A stretch of 64,000 nucleotides of DNA from Dehalococcoidia bacterium. GTDB taxonomy: Bacteria; Chloroflexota; Dehalococcoidia; Lucifugimonadales; VXLM01. The notes beneath the pieces are model-generated. The model worked only from the letters and a program-made list of their open reading frames with translations. It had not been told where the DNA came from and did not search any database. The position numbers were made by a program, and so were the translations under genes. The stretch spans positions 3,256,507-3,320,506 of the forward strand of contig OY759598.1 in the NCBI GenBank assembly GCA_963662435.1, read 5' to 3'. Shown here in pieces: positions 19,215 through 29,571 of this stretch (position 1 is the stretch's first letter; every line of letters starts with the position of its first letter).

Positions 19215-20585
19215 TCAGACCGTGTTTTGGACTGCCCTCAGGTGGGCGGCGAAGCCGCCGTCCGGGAGTTGCGTGTCCGTGGTGCTAAGCATCTGCCCTC
19301 TGGTGACTGGTCGGATGACTTTGGCCCCGTGACTCAGGCCGATGGGTACGAGCTCCTCAGCATCAGCCTGCCTTGCCTCGACGATGGAGCCGTGGACCGT
19401 ATAGCCACCCTCACCATCGAGAATCTCGCCCACCGCCAGGTCCCTCTTCGCCGTGGCGACGACCTCGCAGACCCGAGCCTCAGGTGCTCCTGTGGCCTCC
19501 CCGTACAGGGCGGCCTTCGCAATCGAAACAGGAGTCTCCATCCCTATTAGGTGATATGGGCGATACATGACGGCGTAACGACCGCTTGGGTCCATCGCCA
19601 TGCCGTAGTCCTTCATACAGCCGCGCAGGTACTCGCTCTGGCTGGTGATGACAACGAAGACGCCCCAGCGAAGGTGGCCCGGTATCTCATTCCCCTCGCT
19701 GTCGAGACAGCTCACGATCTCCACCACTCCTTGCCGGTTGAGAATGCCGCCATCTTCGGTAGGAATCAGCAAGCGTGGAATGTCGTCGACACTTGCCGAT
19801 GGGAAGTGCATCCCCGGCACATCCGGTACGAGTCCCGTCATATTCGCCACGGCGCACATCTCGATGGATGACTTGGTTGTGTCGAGGAAAGAGTTGTACA
19901 TTCGTGGATTGAGATTGCTGCGCTCGATCTGCTCAGTCGTCATGCCGTACTCGATGAGTGCCTGATCAGGAGTGAGGTACCGGAAGTCGTCCCGGTGCTT
20001 CGTGCCCTTACCTGCGGCAACGACGTCGAATCCCATGCTCACAGCCCAGTCGACCAGTTCCTCTATGATCGCAGGCTGATCTCCGTAGGCTGCCGTATAC
20101 ACTACCCCCGCGCGGTCGGCCAGAGTCTTGAGTATAGGGCCTACGAGCACGTCGGCCTCGACCGAAACCATGACAATGTGCTTCCCCGCCATAATGCTCT
20201 GGTAGGCGTGCTTGGCCGCAATGTCCGGGTTGCCTGTGGCATCCACCACGACATCCACCTCAGCCTGAATCGCCACGCTCGAATCATCGGTCGCCACGGG
20301 CGTACCCTTGTTGAGCGCATCGTTTGCCTGTCCCACGTCGCTAGCCTTGACGGGCCTGATTCGCGGTCTGCGCTCGTGCGCAATCGTATTGGATGCACGC
20401 TGGATATCGAGGTCGCAGGCGATGGAAGCCTGCATGCCCGGAGCGCGTCCTAGTTGTGATACCACCATCGACCCGAATCGACCGCATCCGATTACGGCCA
20501 CGCGAATCGGCGTTCCCTCTTCCTCCAGGGCCAGTAGTTGTTCTCGCATCAGCCTCAGGTACCTCCCATTTGGGGTGTAATTCAC
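19215..20585 (-). CDS. NAD(P)-dependent oxidoreductase (homoserine dehydrogenase-like) with C-terminal SAF domain
   Basis: GCGRFG Rossmann motif, EAD...GP, GDQP, YRPYHLIG.E, AKRDL..GE.LDG.GGY; start could be about 20549. Confidence 0.85.
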   Translation of the reverse strand: MNYTPNGRYLRLMREQLLALEEEGTPIRVAVIGCGRFGSMVVSQLGRAPGMQASIACDLDIQRASNTIAHERRPRIRPVKASDVGQANDALNKGTPVATDDSSVAIQAEVDVVVDATGNPDIAAKHAYQSIMAGKHIVMVSVEADVLVGPILKTLADRAGVVYTAAYGDQPAIIEELVDWAVSMGFDVVAAGKGTKHRDDFRYLTPDQALIEYGMTTEQIERSNLNPRMYNSFLDTTKSSIEMCAVANMTGLVPDVPGMHFPSASVDDIPRLLIPTEDGGILNRQGVVEIVSCLDSEGNEIPGHLRWGVFVVITSQSEYLRGCMKDYGMAMDPSGRYAVMYRPYHLIGMETPVSIAKAALYGEATGAPEARVCEVVATAKRDLAVGEILDGEGGYTVHGSIVEARQADAEELVPIGLSHGAKVIRPVTRGQMLSTTDTQLPDGGFAAHLRAVQNTV

Positions 20586-20750
20586 CCGCTAAGTCACAGC
20601 GGCGTATTTCAGCACGTTTCACCTGCCTCCGCAAGACCGCTTGAAGCGAGGATGGCGGAGTCGGAGAAGCTCAATTAGGTATAATCTGAACCGGGACGCA
20701 AGCATCAGGTGGATAACTCTACTCGGCCATCAGGCTGAGAGAGCAAGGAT

Positions 20751-21608
20751 TTGAAAGTGAACTTCCCCGGTCAATCGTGGATGCGATGGTTGAAGGAGCG
20801 TGCGACCTTGCGAGGCGACAACAACAAGACCAGCATGTTGTGGATTTCTCCGGAGGGTAGTGGCCCTGTGTTCCAGGAAAAGCTGGCCCCCGACGGCGTG
20901 GAGTTTTTGGATGACAAATCGGAGGCTCGATGGGTTGAGGAGAGCCTTTCGGAGTTCGGAAAGGTGGGTGCATTGCTGCCCGAGGGATTCTCGGCATACG
21001 CCCGTATGTTTCATCCCGCATACCTGGACGATAACCAAGAACAGCAAGTCCGGTGGTCGACCATCGCGTCATGGACCGGACGGACCGTCCATCCCCTCAT
21101 GCAGTTTGAACGTGTTGCCAACCTGAGTGAGAGCCATAGCGAAATCTACAAAGACCCGCCATGGGGATTGATTCCTCGGCATGGCTCCATTCCCGAAAGA
21201 GAATGCAGGATCTTGGTCGATGTGCTTAGGGGCTTCACCTCGACACCCGACCAGTGCTATTTCGGCCTATGGGAGGGCTATGGATACCTTGCCCAAAACC
21301 TCTACAAGGAATCCTCTCGAGTGAGGGCTCCTGGTCGAAAACACCTACTCTTCCGTGGGCCTCTTGAAGGTGTCATGTCATTCCTGATCAGGGAGAGTTC
21401 CTTTTGGGGTGACACACCGAGTATCTGGTGGCCGGCGGACAGGGCATGGTGTGTGGCGACGGACATCGACCTGTACGATACCTATCTGGGCGGAAGCGAT
21501 GAATGTATGGAAGCAATCCTGAACCACCCGATACTGGAGGCGTTGCCTGCTACCCTTGACGCGCGGATTGACCTAGGCGCGGATACCATCAACCCCCCGA
21601 AACCATAG
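20751..21608 (+). CDS. Conserved hypothetical protein
   Basis: GF.AYAR..HP, CYFGLWEGYG, P..WWPADRAWCVATDID resemble an uncharacterised family; start uncertain. Confidence 0.65.
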   Translation: MKVNFPGQSWMRWLKERATLRGDNNKTSMLWISPEGSGPVFQEKLAPDGVEFLDDKSEARWVEESLSEFGKVGALLPEGFSAYARMFHPAYLDDNQEQQVRWSTIASWTGRTVHPLMQFERVANLSESHSEIYKDPPWGLIPRHGSIPERECRILVDVLRGFTSTPDQCYFGLWEGYGYLAQNLYKESSRVRAPGRKHLLFRGPLEGVMSFLIRESSFWGDTPSIWWPADRAWCVATDIDLYDTYLGGSDECMEAILNHPILEALPATLDARIDLGADTINPPKP

Positions 21609-21756
21609 TGGGAGTTTCTCAGCATCCTATGCGTTTCCGCTTTCACCGCTGCGGACAGTGGGGCGACGCTTACTCGCCGGAAAAATCACACGATCGTGTG
21701 ATTACCACTCACCATGAGCTCGGTTACATTGATGCCATCTCTTCAGGAGGCGCACG

Positions 21757-22368
21757 ATGACACAAGTAGCGCAGGACGAGACGACGAACGATGACGGAGT
21801 GCTGGCCCGGGAGCGAAGTCAGCGGGCCGATAGGATCATCCACACCCACACGCTCTGGGGCATGGGCGCGGGACTCATTCCCGTCCCGATGTTTGACGTA
21901 TTGGCGGTATCGGCCATACAGATCGACATGCTCAAGCAACTCGCGGAGGCATACGACTCCGACTTCACCGAGAATCTGGGCAAGACGTTCGTAACGGCGC
22001 TGACCGGCGGCACGTTCGCTCGCGTGGGTGCGTCATTGATCAAGGCAGTGCCCGGTGTCGGGACGCTGGTCGGAGGCGCGTCGATGGTAGTCTTGTCGGG
22101 AGCATCAACCTATGCGATCGGGCAGGTCGCGAAACGTCACTACGAGACGGGTGGCAACTTGGTCGATATCGACATCAACTCGGCCAGACAGAGGTACGAC
22201 GAGGCCCTGGAACGCGGCAAGCGCGTCGTCGGCGACCTCAGGAGCCGCGAGGCTGAGTCGAAGGACGTCTACACGTCGCTGGAGCGTCTCAGCGATCTCA
22301 GGCAGAAGGGCGTCATCAGCGACAATGAGTTCGAGGCCAAGAAGCGAGAGATGCTGGAACGGCTGTAG
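21757..22368 (+). CDS. DUF697-like protein with C-terminal SHOCT domain
   Basis: GLIPVP..D.....Q..M...LA..Y; C-terminal LERL..L...G.IS..EFE.KK...L; AGGAGG RBS. Confidence 0.8.
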   Translation: MTQVAQDETTNDDGVLARERSQRADRIIHTHTLWGMGAGLIPVPMFDVLAVSAIQIDMLKQLAEAYDSDFTENLGKTFVTALTGGTFARVGASLIKAVPGVGTLVGGASMVVLSGASTYAIGQVAKRHYETGGNLVDIDINSARQRYDEALERGKRVVGDLRSREAESKDVYTSLERLSDLRQKGVISDNEFEAKKREMLERL

Positions 22369-22461
22369 GGCCTCGCTCTCACCCCTCCCATCCGTCCTAA
22401 AGCTGGAATCGACGAGGTCTAGGCGGTATCATTTCCAGTGTTACGTCGTACGGGAGCGAAG

Positions 22462-23484
22462 ATGGAATCCTGTCGAATTGCGGTGATCGGAGCGACCGGA
22501 GCGGTAGGCTCGGTCTTTCTCTCCATACTCGAAGAGCGGGACTTCCCCGCGACCCAGGTGCGTCTGTGCGCGTCCGAGCGGTCTTGGGGCAAGAGGCTGA
22601 CGGTGCTGGGCGAGGAGAGGACGGTCGAGGAGGCCACCCCGGAGCTGCTTAGCGACGTTGACCTCGTATTCGTATGCGCTGGCAGCGGCATAAGCCGCCA
22701 AGTCGGCCCGCTCGCCGTCGAAAACGGTGCGTCCGTCGTCGACAAAAGCTCGGCCTTCCGTATGGATCCCAACGTTCCCCTCGTGATACCTGAGATTAAC
22801 GGGGACGACCTTGAGTCGCATAACGGTATCGTCTCCGTCCCGAACTGCTCGACCGCGCCCCTTGCCATGACGCTCAAGCCGCTGTTGGGAGTCAACTCCA
22901 TCGAGCGGGTGGTCGTGAGCACCTACCAGTCGGTCTCGGGAACGGGCGCGGCCGCATGGCAAGAGTTGCTTGACCAGACTGTCTCCGTCCTCGACCGCGA
23001 CCCTTTCACGCCGAGGGAATACCCCCATCAGATCGCGTTTAACGTGCTTCCGCATGTCGAAACGTTCGAGGACAACGGCTACACGACCGAAGAGATGAAG
23101 ATGGTCCACGAGACCCGCAAGATACTCCACGAGCCTGATCTTCGGATATCTGCAACGTGCGTGCGCGTGCCGGTAATGGTGGGCCACAGCGAGGCTGTGC
23201 ACATCGATTTCGAGGAGGCGATAAGCCCCGGTGAAGTCCGCGAGGTGCTGTCGGATGTGCCCGGCCTGACGGTGGTGGACGACCCGATGACGAACCGTTA
23301 CCCTATGCCCGTCGACGCGGCGGGAGAGGATGACGTGTTCGTCGGCAGGATCCGGCAGGACGTGTCGAATCCTCGCGGCGTCGCGATGTGGCTCGTTACG
23401 GACAACCTACGCAAGGGCGCAGCGCTGAACGGAATTCAGATCGCAGAGGCAATGATGAGTCGGGGCCTGGTGCACGTCCCGTAA
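22462..23484 (+). CDS. asd: Aspartate-semialdehyde dehydrogenase
   Basis: GATGAVG, SSAFRMD..VPL, PNCST, TYQSVSGTG, ATCVRVPV..GHSE, DNLRKGAALN. Confidence 0.97.
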   Translation: MESCRIAVIGATGAVGSVFLSILEERDFPATQVRLCASERSWGKRLTVLGEERTVEEATPELLSDVDLVFVCAGSGISRQVGPLAVENGASVVDKSSAFRMDPNVPLVIPEINGDDLESHNGIVSVPNCSTAPLAMTLKPLLGVNSIERVVVSTYQSVSGTGAAAWQELLDQTVSVLDRDPFTPREYPHQIAFNVLPHVETFEDNGYTTEEMKMVHETRKILHEPDLRISATCVRVPVMVGHSEAVHIDFEEAISPGEVREVLSDVPGLTVVDDPMTNRYPMPVDAAGEDDVFVGRIRQDVSNPRGVAMWLVTDNLRKGAALNGIQIAEAMMSRGLVHVP

Positions 23485-23497
23485 AGGAGGGGTCGAG

Positions 23498-24394
23498 ATG
23501 CCGGCAGAAATCGGACGACTGCTCACCGCTATGATCACGCCCATGACGGAAGACGGCGAGATCGCCTACGACCAGGCGAGAAAGCTCGCTCAGGGCCTCA
23601 TCGCTTCAGGCAACGACGGACTGGTTATCGGCGGCACGACGGGGGAGTCCCCCTCGATGTCGGATGAAGAGAAGCTGCGGTTGTTCGCAGAAGTGAAAGA
23701 GGCCGTCGGACCGGATGTCGCGATCATAGCCGGGACCACTGACAACAACCATCGCAAGTCGGTCGAGCTAACCCAAGAAGCGGAGAAGCTCGGCGTCGAT
23801 GGACTTCTCCTGACGGTGCCCGCCTACAATAAGCCCCAGCAGGAGGGCTTGTTCCTGCATTTCAAGGCCATCGCAGAAGCGACGTCGCTGCCGTGCATGT
23901 TGTATAACGTCCCGTCTCGGACCTCGCTGAACATGGACGACTCAACGACACTGCGTCTGGCCGAAATTGACAACATCGTCGGAGTCAAGGAGGCGTCCAG
24001 TGACCCCGTGCAGATCGCCAGGATCGTGGACGGGGCACCCGATGGCTTCCTGGTATGGTCGGGAAACGACGACGAGACCTTCTCCATAATGTGCGTCGGC
24101 GGATACGGGATCGTCAGTGTGGCTGGGAACATCATGGGCGATCAGATCAAGACGATGATGGGTCTCATCCTTGAGGGGGAACTTGAGCACGCCGCCGCGG
24201 AACATCTTCGAATGCTCCCAATCTTCAAGGCGCTCTTCTGGGTGACCAACCCCGTGCCGATCAAGTACGCCGTCAATCGCGCAGGATTCGACGCAGGCCC
24301 GACTCGCCTCCCAATGGCGCCGCCGGACGACGACTTCAGGGCCAAGTTCGACCCTGTAATGGACTTGTACGGAGTCGATCTGCCCGTCGACTAA
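23498..24394 (+). CDS. dapA: 4-hydroxy-tetrahydrodipicolinate synthase
   Basis: GTTGESP, LYNVPSRT, GVKEAS, NPVPIK; directly follows asd. Confidence 0.95.
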   Translation: MPAEIGRLLTAMITPMTEDGEIAYDQARKLAQGLIASGNDGLVIGGTTGESPSMSDEEKLRLFAEVKEAVGPDVAIIAGTTDNNHRKSVELTQEAEKLGVDGLLLTVPAYNKPQQEGLFLHFKAIAEATSLPCMLYNVPSRTSLNMDDSTTLRLAEIDNIVGVKEASSDPVQIARIVDGAPDGFLVWSGNDDETFSIMCVGGYGIVSVAGNIMGDQIKTMMGLILEGELEHAAAEHLRMLPIFKALFWVTNPVPIKYAVNRAGFDAGPTRLPMAPPDDDFRAKFDPVMDLYGVDLPVD

Positions 24395-24525
24395 CGACGA
24401 GAAATGCCGGTCCAGCCGTGCATCTGCAATTTAGCCACGACAACACGAGGCACCACAGTTACAAGGACTGAAGCGCCTCGTTCTTACGCTGCAAACCGTA
24501 CGGATGTTGCCTTAACGTCGGCTGT

Positions 24526-24951
24526 CTACCCGTAGCAGAACAACACCGTTGACCTGTCATTCCAGAAGCAGAATGGATCTGAAGGCCACGGCCATGGCCC
24601 GATTTCTATGGGCGGCGGTATTGGGGTCGGAATCGGTGTGGGCTCCGGGGTAGGTTCCGGCGTTTGATTGGCCTCCCAAAACTCCGGACTCCAGAGACGG
24701 TCTTCCTCATAGTCGGGGCGGGTCAAGTATTCGTCACACTCGGAACCGACGATTGCCATGAGGATGCCGGGGCCTCCGAATCCCTCGAATGCCGCGGGAT
24801 GTATGTAACCGTCCCAAAATACTTCTCCGTTAGTTAGGAAACAACCGTAGACTCCGTCGTAGCCGTGTTCATCGGCTGACGTTACAGACGACGTGACTGC
24901 CACAGCAAGAACTGCTGAGACGAACAACAGGATTTAGGCACGGACATGCAT
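24526..24951 (-). pseudogene. Small secreted hypothetical protein with nonsense codon at position 6
   Basis: RBS GAGGAGGG + ATG 24951, reads MHVRA*ILLFVSAVLAVAV (TAA at 24934-24936), signal peptide and PTP repeats follow in frame. Confidence 0.6.
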
Positions 24952-25019
24952 TTTTCCCTCCTCGCTATTCTCTGTCATTAAAGTGTAACTTACCGACCGA
25001 TTCGCGCTCAAGAACCACC

Positions 25020-26177
25020 CTATCCCCGTTGCAGCACCAAGCAGGTGATGTCGTCAAACTGCTGTGCTTCTCCGACAAAGTCCTTCACGGCGTCGAAAAC
25101 CTCCCGAGCAGCTTGCGCCGAGTTGTCAGGGGGACTTCCATCAAACACATCCATGACTCGTTTGATTCCGAACTGCTCACCCTTTGTGTTCATCGCTTCG
25201 GTGACACCGTCCGTATACAGTACAACGGCATCGCCGGGTTCCAGTTGGACAGTGTTGCTCGAAAATTTGACGTCAGGAGCGATTCCGAGGGCAACGCCAT
25301 GGGTGAGAGGCAGAAGTTCCGTATTACCGTCTGACTTCACGAGTAGCGGAGCGTCGTGGCCCCCGCTTGAATATGTGAGTTTGCCAGTCTGAGGATCGTA
25401 GATCGAGTAGAGGACCGTGACGAACATCAGAGCCTCGTTTTCCTCGTGCAGCAGTTCATTGACTTCACGAAGCGCTTCACCCGGGTCGTCGGTTCCGATC
25501 GCTGCGCCTTTCAGCAGCGTTCGACTGGACATCATGAAGAGGGCTGCCGGCACGCCCTTGTCGGAGACATCCGCGATGGCAAGCCCGATTTGGCCGTTCT
25601 GCAGTCGGATGACGTCGTAGAAGTCGCCTCCGACGTTTCGTGCAGGTTCCATATGACCATAGACCTGGAGGTCGGACCTCTCCGGAAATACCTTTGGCAG
25701 AATCGACTGCTGTGTGCTTCTGGCCACCTGGAGTTCATTCTGCAGGGAGACGAGCGCGTCGCGCGCCGCGAGTGCCTTGCGCCACTCATCAAGGTGATCA
25801 AGCGTGCGTTCTATGGTGACCTGCAGGTCATCGAAGTCCACCGGCTTGGTGACGAAGTCGAAGGCGCCTCTATTCATTGCCGTGCGGATGTTCTTCATGT
25901 CTCCATACGCAGATACAACAATGCACCGGATATCGTCACCTGCGACGTCCGGCACTTGTTCAAGCAATTTGAGGCCGTCCATCTGGGGCATATTGATATC
26001 CGTAACAACCATGTCGATGTCCTGGTGCTGCTTCAGTACTTCAAGCGCCTCGACACCGTTCTCAGCGAATTCGAAGCTGTACACGCCCGAACGGATCTTG
26101 CGCCTCATTCGCAGCTTGATCAAAGGCTCAAGGTCCGGCTCGTCGTCAACAACGAGAATCCGGTACGGCTGCTTCAT
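25020..26177 (-). CDS. Response regulator receiver + SpoIIE/PP2C phosphatase (RsbU-like)
   Basis: ILVVDDE, DINMP.MDG, KP; VGGDFYD, ADVSDKG..AAL, YTDGVTEA, DDIT. Confidence 0.93.
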   Translation of the reverse strand: MKQPYRILVVDDEPDLEPLIKLRMRRKIRSGVYSFEFAENGVEALEVLKQHQDIDMVVTDINMPQMDGLKLLEQVPDVAGDDIRCIVVSAYGDMKNIRTAMNRGAFDFVTKPVDFDDLQVTIERTLDHLDEWRKALAARDALVSLQNELQVARSTQQSILPKVFPERSDLQVYGHMEPARNVGGDFYDVIRLQNGQIGLAIADVSDKGVPAALFMMSSRTLLKGAAIGTDDPGEALREVNELLHEENEALMFVTVLYSIYDPQTGKLTYSSGGHDAPLLVKSDGNTELLPLTHGVALGIAPDVKFSSNTVQLEPGDAVVLYTDGVTEAMNTKGEQFGIKRVMDVFDGSPPDNSAQAAREVFDAVKDFVGEAQQFDDITCLVLQRG

Positions 26178-26420
26178 CTGTGTTCCTCCCGCTTCCCGCG
26201 GCTTATGATAGACCCTTCTGTGTTGCACTAACTATGTTCACAGGTTACACAGAAATTGTCCAAAGTACGTGTGCAAGATACTACGTATCAATCGAGGCCT
26301 CGAGCCATCCGCGAAACGGGCAGGAGCTACCTAGAGTTTCATTGTTTTCGGTTGGCGTGTCAACCCTTAAATCGGCTCATCCGGATGGCCGCTGACCACC
26401 GCCGGAAGGACTGGCGGAGC

Positions 26421-27212
26421 TCACGATTGCACCCTGTTGAATGGGATGACGTACGTCCTGCGGGATACCTCGGTCAGGCCCACCTTGGCGGCCACCCTCA
26501 GCGACGCCAAATTATCTTCGCCGCAGCTCCAGATGGGCGTCAGGCCGCTCTCCTGGATTGCCCCGGCAACGATTGAAGCGGCGGAGGTCGAGTATCCGCG
26601 ATTGCGGTGATCCTCATGGGTGAAGACTCCGATGTCCGCGTACCGTTCTGTGACCGCGTTGGTATGCGCCACCGAAACGAGCTTGTCCTCTACCACCGCT
26701 CCGGCAACGAACCCCTCACGGAGCACGATCTCGACGTTTCCACGCATGCCCGGCTTGAGGTCGTCGGGGACGCCGTCGAACAGTGCGAGGTCATCCGCCG
26801 TAAGCAGCCGAACATCCGGGTGGGAGTGTCCAACCGCGGGGAGCGTGAGCGTGTGGTAGACGTCGCCATAGTAGGCGACCCTGCTGCCGGTCGAAGCGCG
26901 AATCAGCGCTCCAAGCTTTGGGGCGACTGACCGTGACACATTGACTACCCGCCAGCCCTCCAGCGGTTCGAGGATCGACCACAGAGCTTCAGGGTCCTCG
27001 CCGAATCCTTGAACTTCCCCCATGTCGTCCTTCATAAGTACCACCGCCGCATCGAATCGGGTAGGCTCACCCACTACGTACGCGCTGCACGCCCCTCGCA
27101 TCAGGCGGTGCAGGGGAATAGCGGTCTCCGGCGAGTCGCCCAGCACGCGGGCGAGGTCGGCAAGCTCGGCAGACGACAATTGCACGGGCTGGACTCTCTC
27201 GCGGACCGTCAC
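26421..27212 (-). CDS. GNAT-family N-acetyltransferase
   Basis: IGVFT...HRNRGY, N.ASLRVA.KVG; 4-bp overlap with pcrA stop. Confidence 0.85.
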   Translation of the reverse strand: MTVRERVQPVQLSSAELADLARVLGDSPETAIPLHRLMRGACSAYVVGEPTRFDAAVVLMKDDMGEVQGFGEDPEALWSILEPLEGWRVVNVSRSVAPKLGALIRASTGSRVAYYGDVYHTLTLPAVGHSHPDVRLLTADDLALFDGVPDDLKPGMRGNVEIVLREGFVAGAVVEDKLVSVAHTNAVTERYADIGVFTHEDHRNRGYSTSAASIVAGAIQESGLTPIWSCGEDNLASLRVAAKVGLTEVSRRTYVIPFNRVQS

Positions 27213-29500
27213 TCCACTTTCTCCAAAGGGGCGAAGCTCAGGAGCAGCCGTTTTACGCCGTGACCGTCCTTGAAAGCGACGGTCACCTCGGTGTCGCCTC
27301 CGGACTGTTTGGCCTCCGTGACGATGCCCTCGCCGAAGGTCTTGTGCCGGACTCGATCACCTGTACTGAGGGCAAGACCGGCGCCTTGCGGCGATGGGCT
27401 TGCGGAGCGGCGTCTACGTCGGATGACGGGCGTGTCGGCCTTTGGGGCAACAGTCTCTGTGATCCTCCCGCCGCGCGTTGTCGGCCGTGGCGACACGGGA
27501 CTGTCCTGTAGTCCGGAATGCTTCCGCCTCCCCACGACATGGTCGGGCTTGGCAAGCAGGTCTTGTGGAATGTCCGCGAGGAATCGTGACGGCATCGAAG
27601 GAAGGGACCCGCTGCGTCCGCGGAAGCCGCGTCGGAACGCGCGGACGAGATAGAGTTTTTCTTTCGCGCGAGTCAAGCCCACGTAACAGAGGCGGCGCTC
27701 CTCCTCGATTTCTGCCGGGTCGCCTGAGTCGATGGAACGCATGTGAGGGATGACGCCCTCCTCCATTCCAACGATGAACACGACGGGGTATTCGAGCCCC
27801 TTCGCCTGGTGGAGGGTTATCAGCGTGGCAGCATCGGCGCTCTCGCCAACGTTGTCCGCGTCGCTGACCAGGCTTACGCGCTCCAGAAAGGCCGTCAGGA
27901 GGTCGTCTTCGCCCAAGTCGAGCAGTCCCTTGGCGACCGACTGGAGCTCTTGGACGTTCTCCATCCGCTCCTCGCCGCGTTCGGCATCGTTCTCGATGTG
28001 TTCTCCGTACCCGGTGCGTTTCAGCACGGCGTCGATTAGTGCTGATGGCTCGTACTCGGCGCTCTTCTCGGTGAGGTCGTCGATCATGGCCTTGAATTCC
28101 TGAAGGGCCTTGATCGATCTTGCCGGAAGAGGCGCGACGAAGTTGCCCGGTCTCTCCAGCATCGCGGCGGTCTCGTCGATTGCCGCGTAGAGGGAGGTAC
28201 TGTGTTCCCACGCAAGGCGGTCAAGCTCACTCATAGTGCGTTGGCCGATGCCTCGCGTCGGGACGTTGACGATGCGCCGGAAGCTCACGTCGTCGTTGTG
28301 GTTGGCTATCAGCCGGAGGTAGGAGATAAGGTCCTTGATCTCCTGGCGTTGGTAGAACTTGATGCTGCCCACCAGGAGGTAGGGCACGTCGTATCGCAGG
28401 CACATCTCTTCAAGCGCGCGGGACTGGGCGTTGACGCGGTACATTACGGCGATGTCTGAGCACTTGAACCCACGACGGACGAGGCTCTCGATCTCGCTGA
28501 CGACGAACTGCGCTTCGTCGTTCTCATCGTAGCTCTCGTGTACGACTATGGGACTGCCCTTGCCCAACTGGGTGAAGAGGTTCTGCTCCAGGCGTTGGCT
28601 ATTGGGAGCGATGACCTTCTGGGCCGCTTCGAGTATCGTCTCCGTGGAGCGGTAGTTCTCCTCAAGAGCGATGAGCTTGGCGTCGGCGAAGTCCTTCTTG
28701 AAGCTGAGGATGTTTCGGATGTCGGCGTTGCGCCACGAGTAGATCGACTGGTCGGGGTCTCCGACGACGCAGAGGTTGCGGTATTCACCGGTGAGCTGCT
28801 TGGCGATCTCGTATTGGGCGACGTTGGTGTCCTGGAACTCGTCGACCATGACGTGGACGTAGCGGTCGCGGTAGCTCTCCGTCACGTCGGAGTGATTCCG
28901 GAACAGCGCGTGGGTCTTCAGGATCAGATCGTCGAAATCGAGTGCCGAGGACTGGGTGAGCAGGTCTTCGTACCGCTGGTACACACGGTGCACGATCTCC
29001 TCGAAGTAGTCGGCTTTCTTATATCCGTAGCCTTCAACATCGATCAGCTTGCTCTTGGCGCCGGAGATGGCGGAGAGGATGGCACCGGGGGAGAACTGCT
29101 TGGCGTTGATGTTGAGCTCATCCATCGCGCGCTTGACGAGCGAAGTCTGGTCGGAGTGGTCGTAGATGGTGTAGTCCTTGTCGAGGCCGAGGAGATCAAC
29201 GTGACGGCGCAGGACCCGGGCACAGAAGGAGTGAAAGGTGCTGATGGTTACCTGGTCATTGTTCGTCCGCATGAGGGTCGCGGCGCGTTCCCTCATCTCG
29301 CGTGCGGCCTTGTTGGTGAAGGTGAGCGCGGCGATACGATACGGCTGGACGCCGCACCGGTCGACGAGGTGGGCGATGCGGTGAGTGATGACGCGGGTCT
29401 TGCCGCTGCCGGGCCCTGCGACGATGAGCACCGGGCCGCTGATGGTCTCGACCGCCTCGCGCTGCCTGGGGTTGAGTTCTGAAAGGATGTTCTCTGGCAC
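27209..29500 (-). CDS. pcrA: ATP-dependent DNA helicase PcrA/UvrD
   Basis: AGPGSGKT, TFTNKAA.EM, VDEFQDTN, VGDPDQSIY, NYRS, TLHQAKGLE, EERRL.YV..TRA, C-terminal Tudor-like domain; probable GTG start 29500. Confidence 0.95.
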   Translation of the reverse strand: MPENILSELNPRQREAVETISGPVLIVAGPGSGKTRVITHRIAHLVDRCGVQPYRIAALTFTNKAAREMRERAATLMRTNNDQVTISTFHSFCARVLRRHVDLLGLDKDYTIYDHSDQTSLVKRAMDELNINAKQFSPGAILSAISGAKSKLIDVEGYGYKKADYFEEIVHRVYQRYEDLLTQSSALDFDDLILKTHALFRNHSDVTESYRDRYVHVMVDEFQDTNVAQYEIAKQLTGEYRNLCVVGDPDQSIYSWRNADIRNILSFKKDFADAKLIALEENYRSTETILEAAQKVIAPNSQRLEQNLFTQLGKGSPIVVHESYDENDEAQFVVSEIESLVRRGFKCSDIAVMYRVNAQSRALEEMCLRYDVPYLLVGSIKFYQRQEIKDLISYLRLIANHNDDVSFRRIVNVPTRGIGQRTMSELDRLAWEHSTSLYAAIDETAAMLERPGNFVAPLPARSIKALQEFKAMIDDLTEKSAEYEPSALIDAVLKRTGYGEHIENDAERGEERMENVQELQSVAKGLLDLGEDDLLTAFLERVSLVSDADNVGESADAATLITLHQAKGLEYPVVFIVGMEEGVIPHMRSIDSGDPAEIEEERRLCYVGLTRAKEKLYLVRAFRRGFRGRSGSLPSMPSRFLADIPQDLLAKPDHVVGRRKHSGLQDSPVSPRPTTRGGRITETVAPKADTPVIRRRRRSASPSPQGAGLALSTGDRVRHKTFGEGIVTEAKQSGGDTEVTVAFKDGHGVKRLLLSFAPLEKVE

Positions 29501-29506
29501 GGGAGT

Positions 29507-29512
29507 ATTATA
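29507..29512 (-). promoter_or_regulatory. -10 box of probable leaderless pcrA transcript
   Basis: TATAAT 6 nt upstream of GTG, no SD sequence. Confidence 0.6.
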
Positions 29513-29571
29513 GCGGTGCCCGTAGGGTGTCGGGCAAATCGAGGGATTCACCCTCACCCTCTCCCACGACG

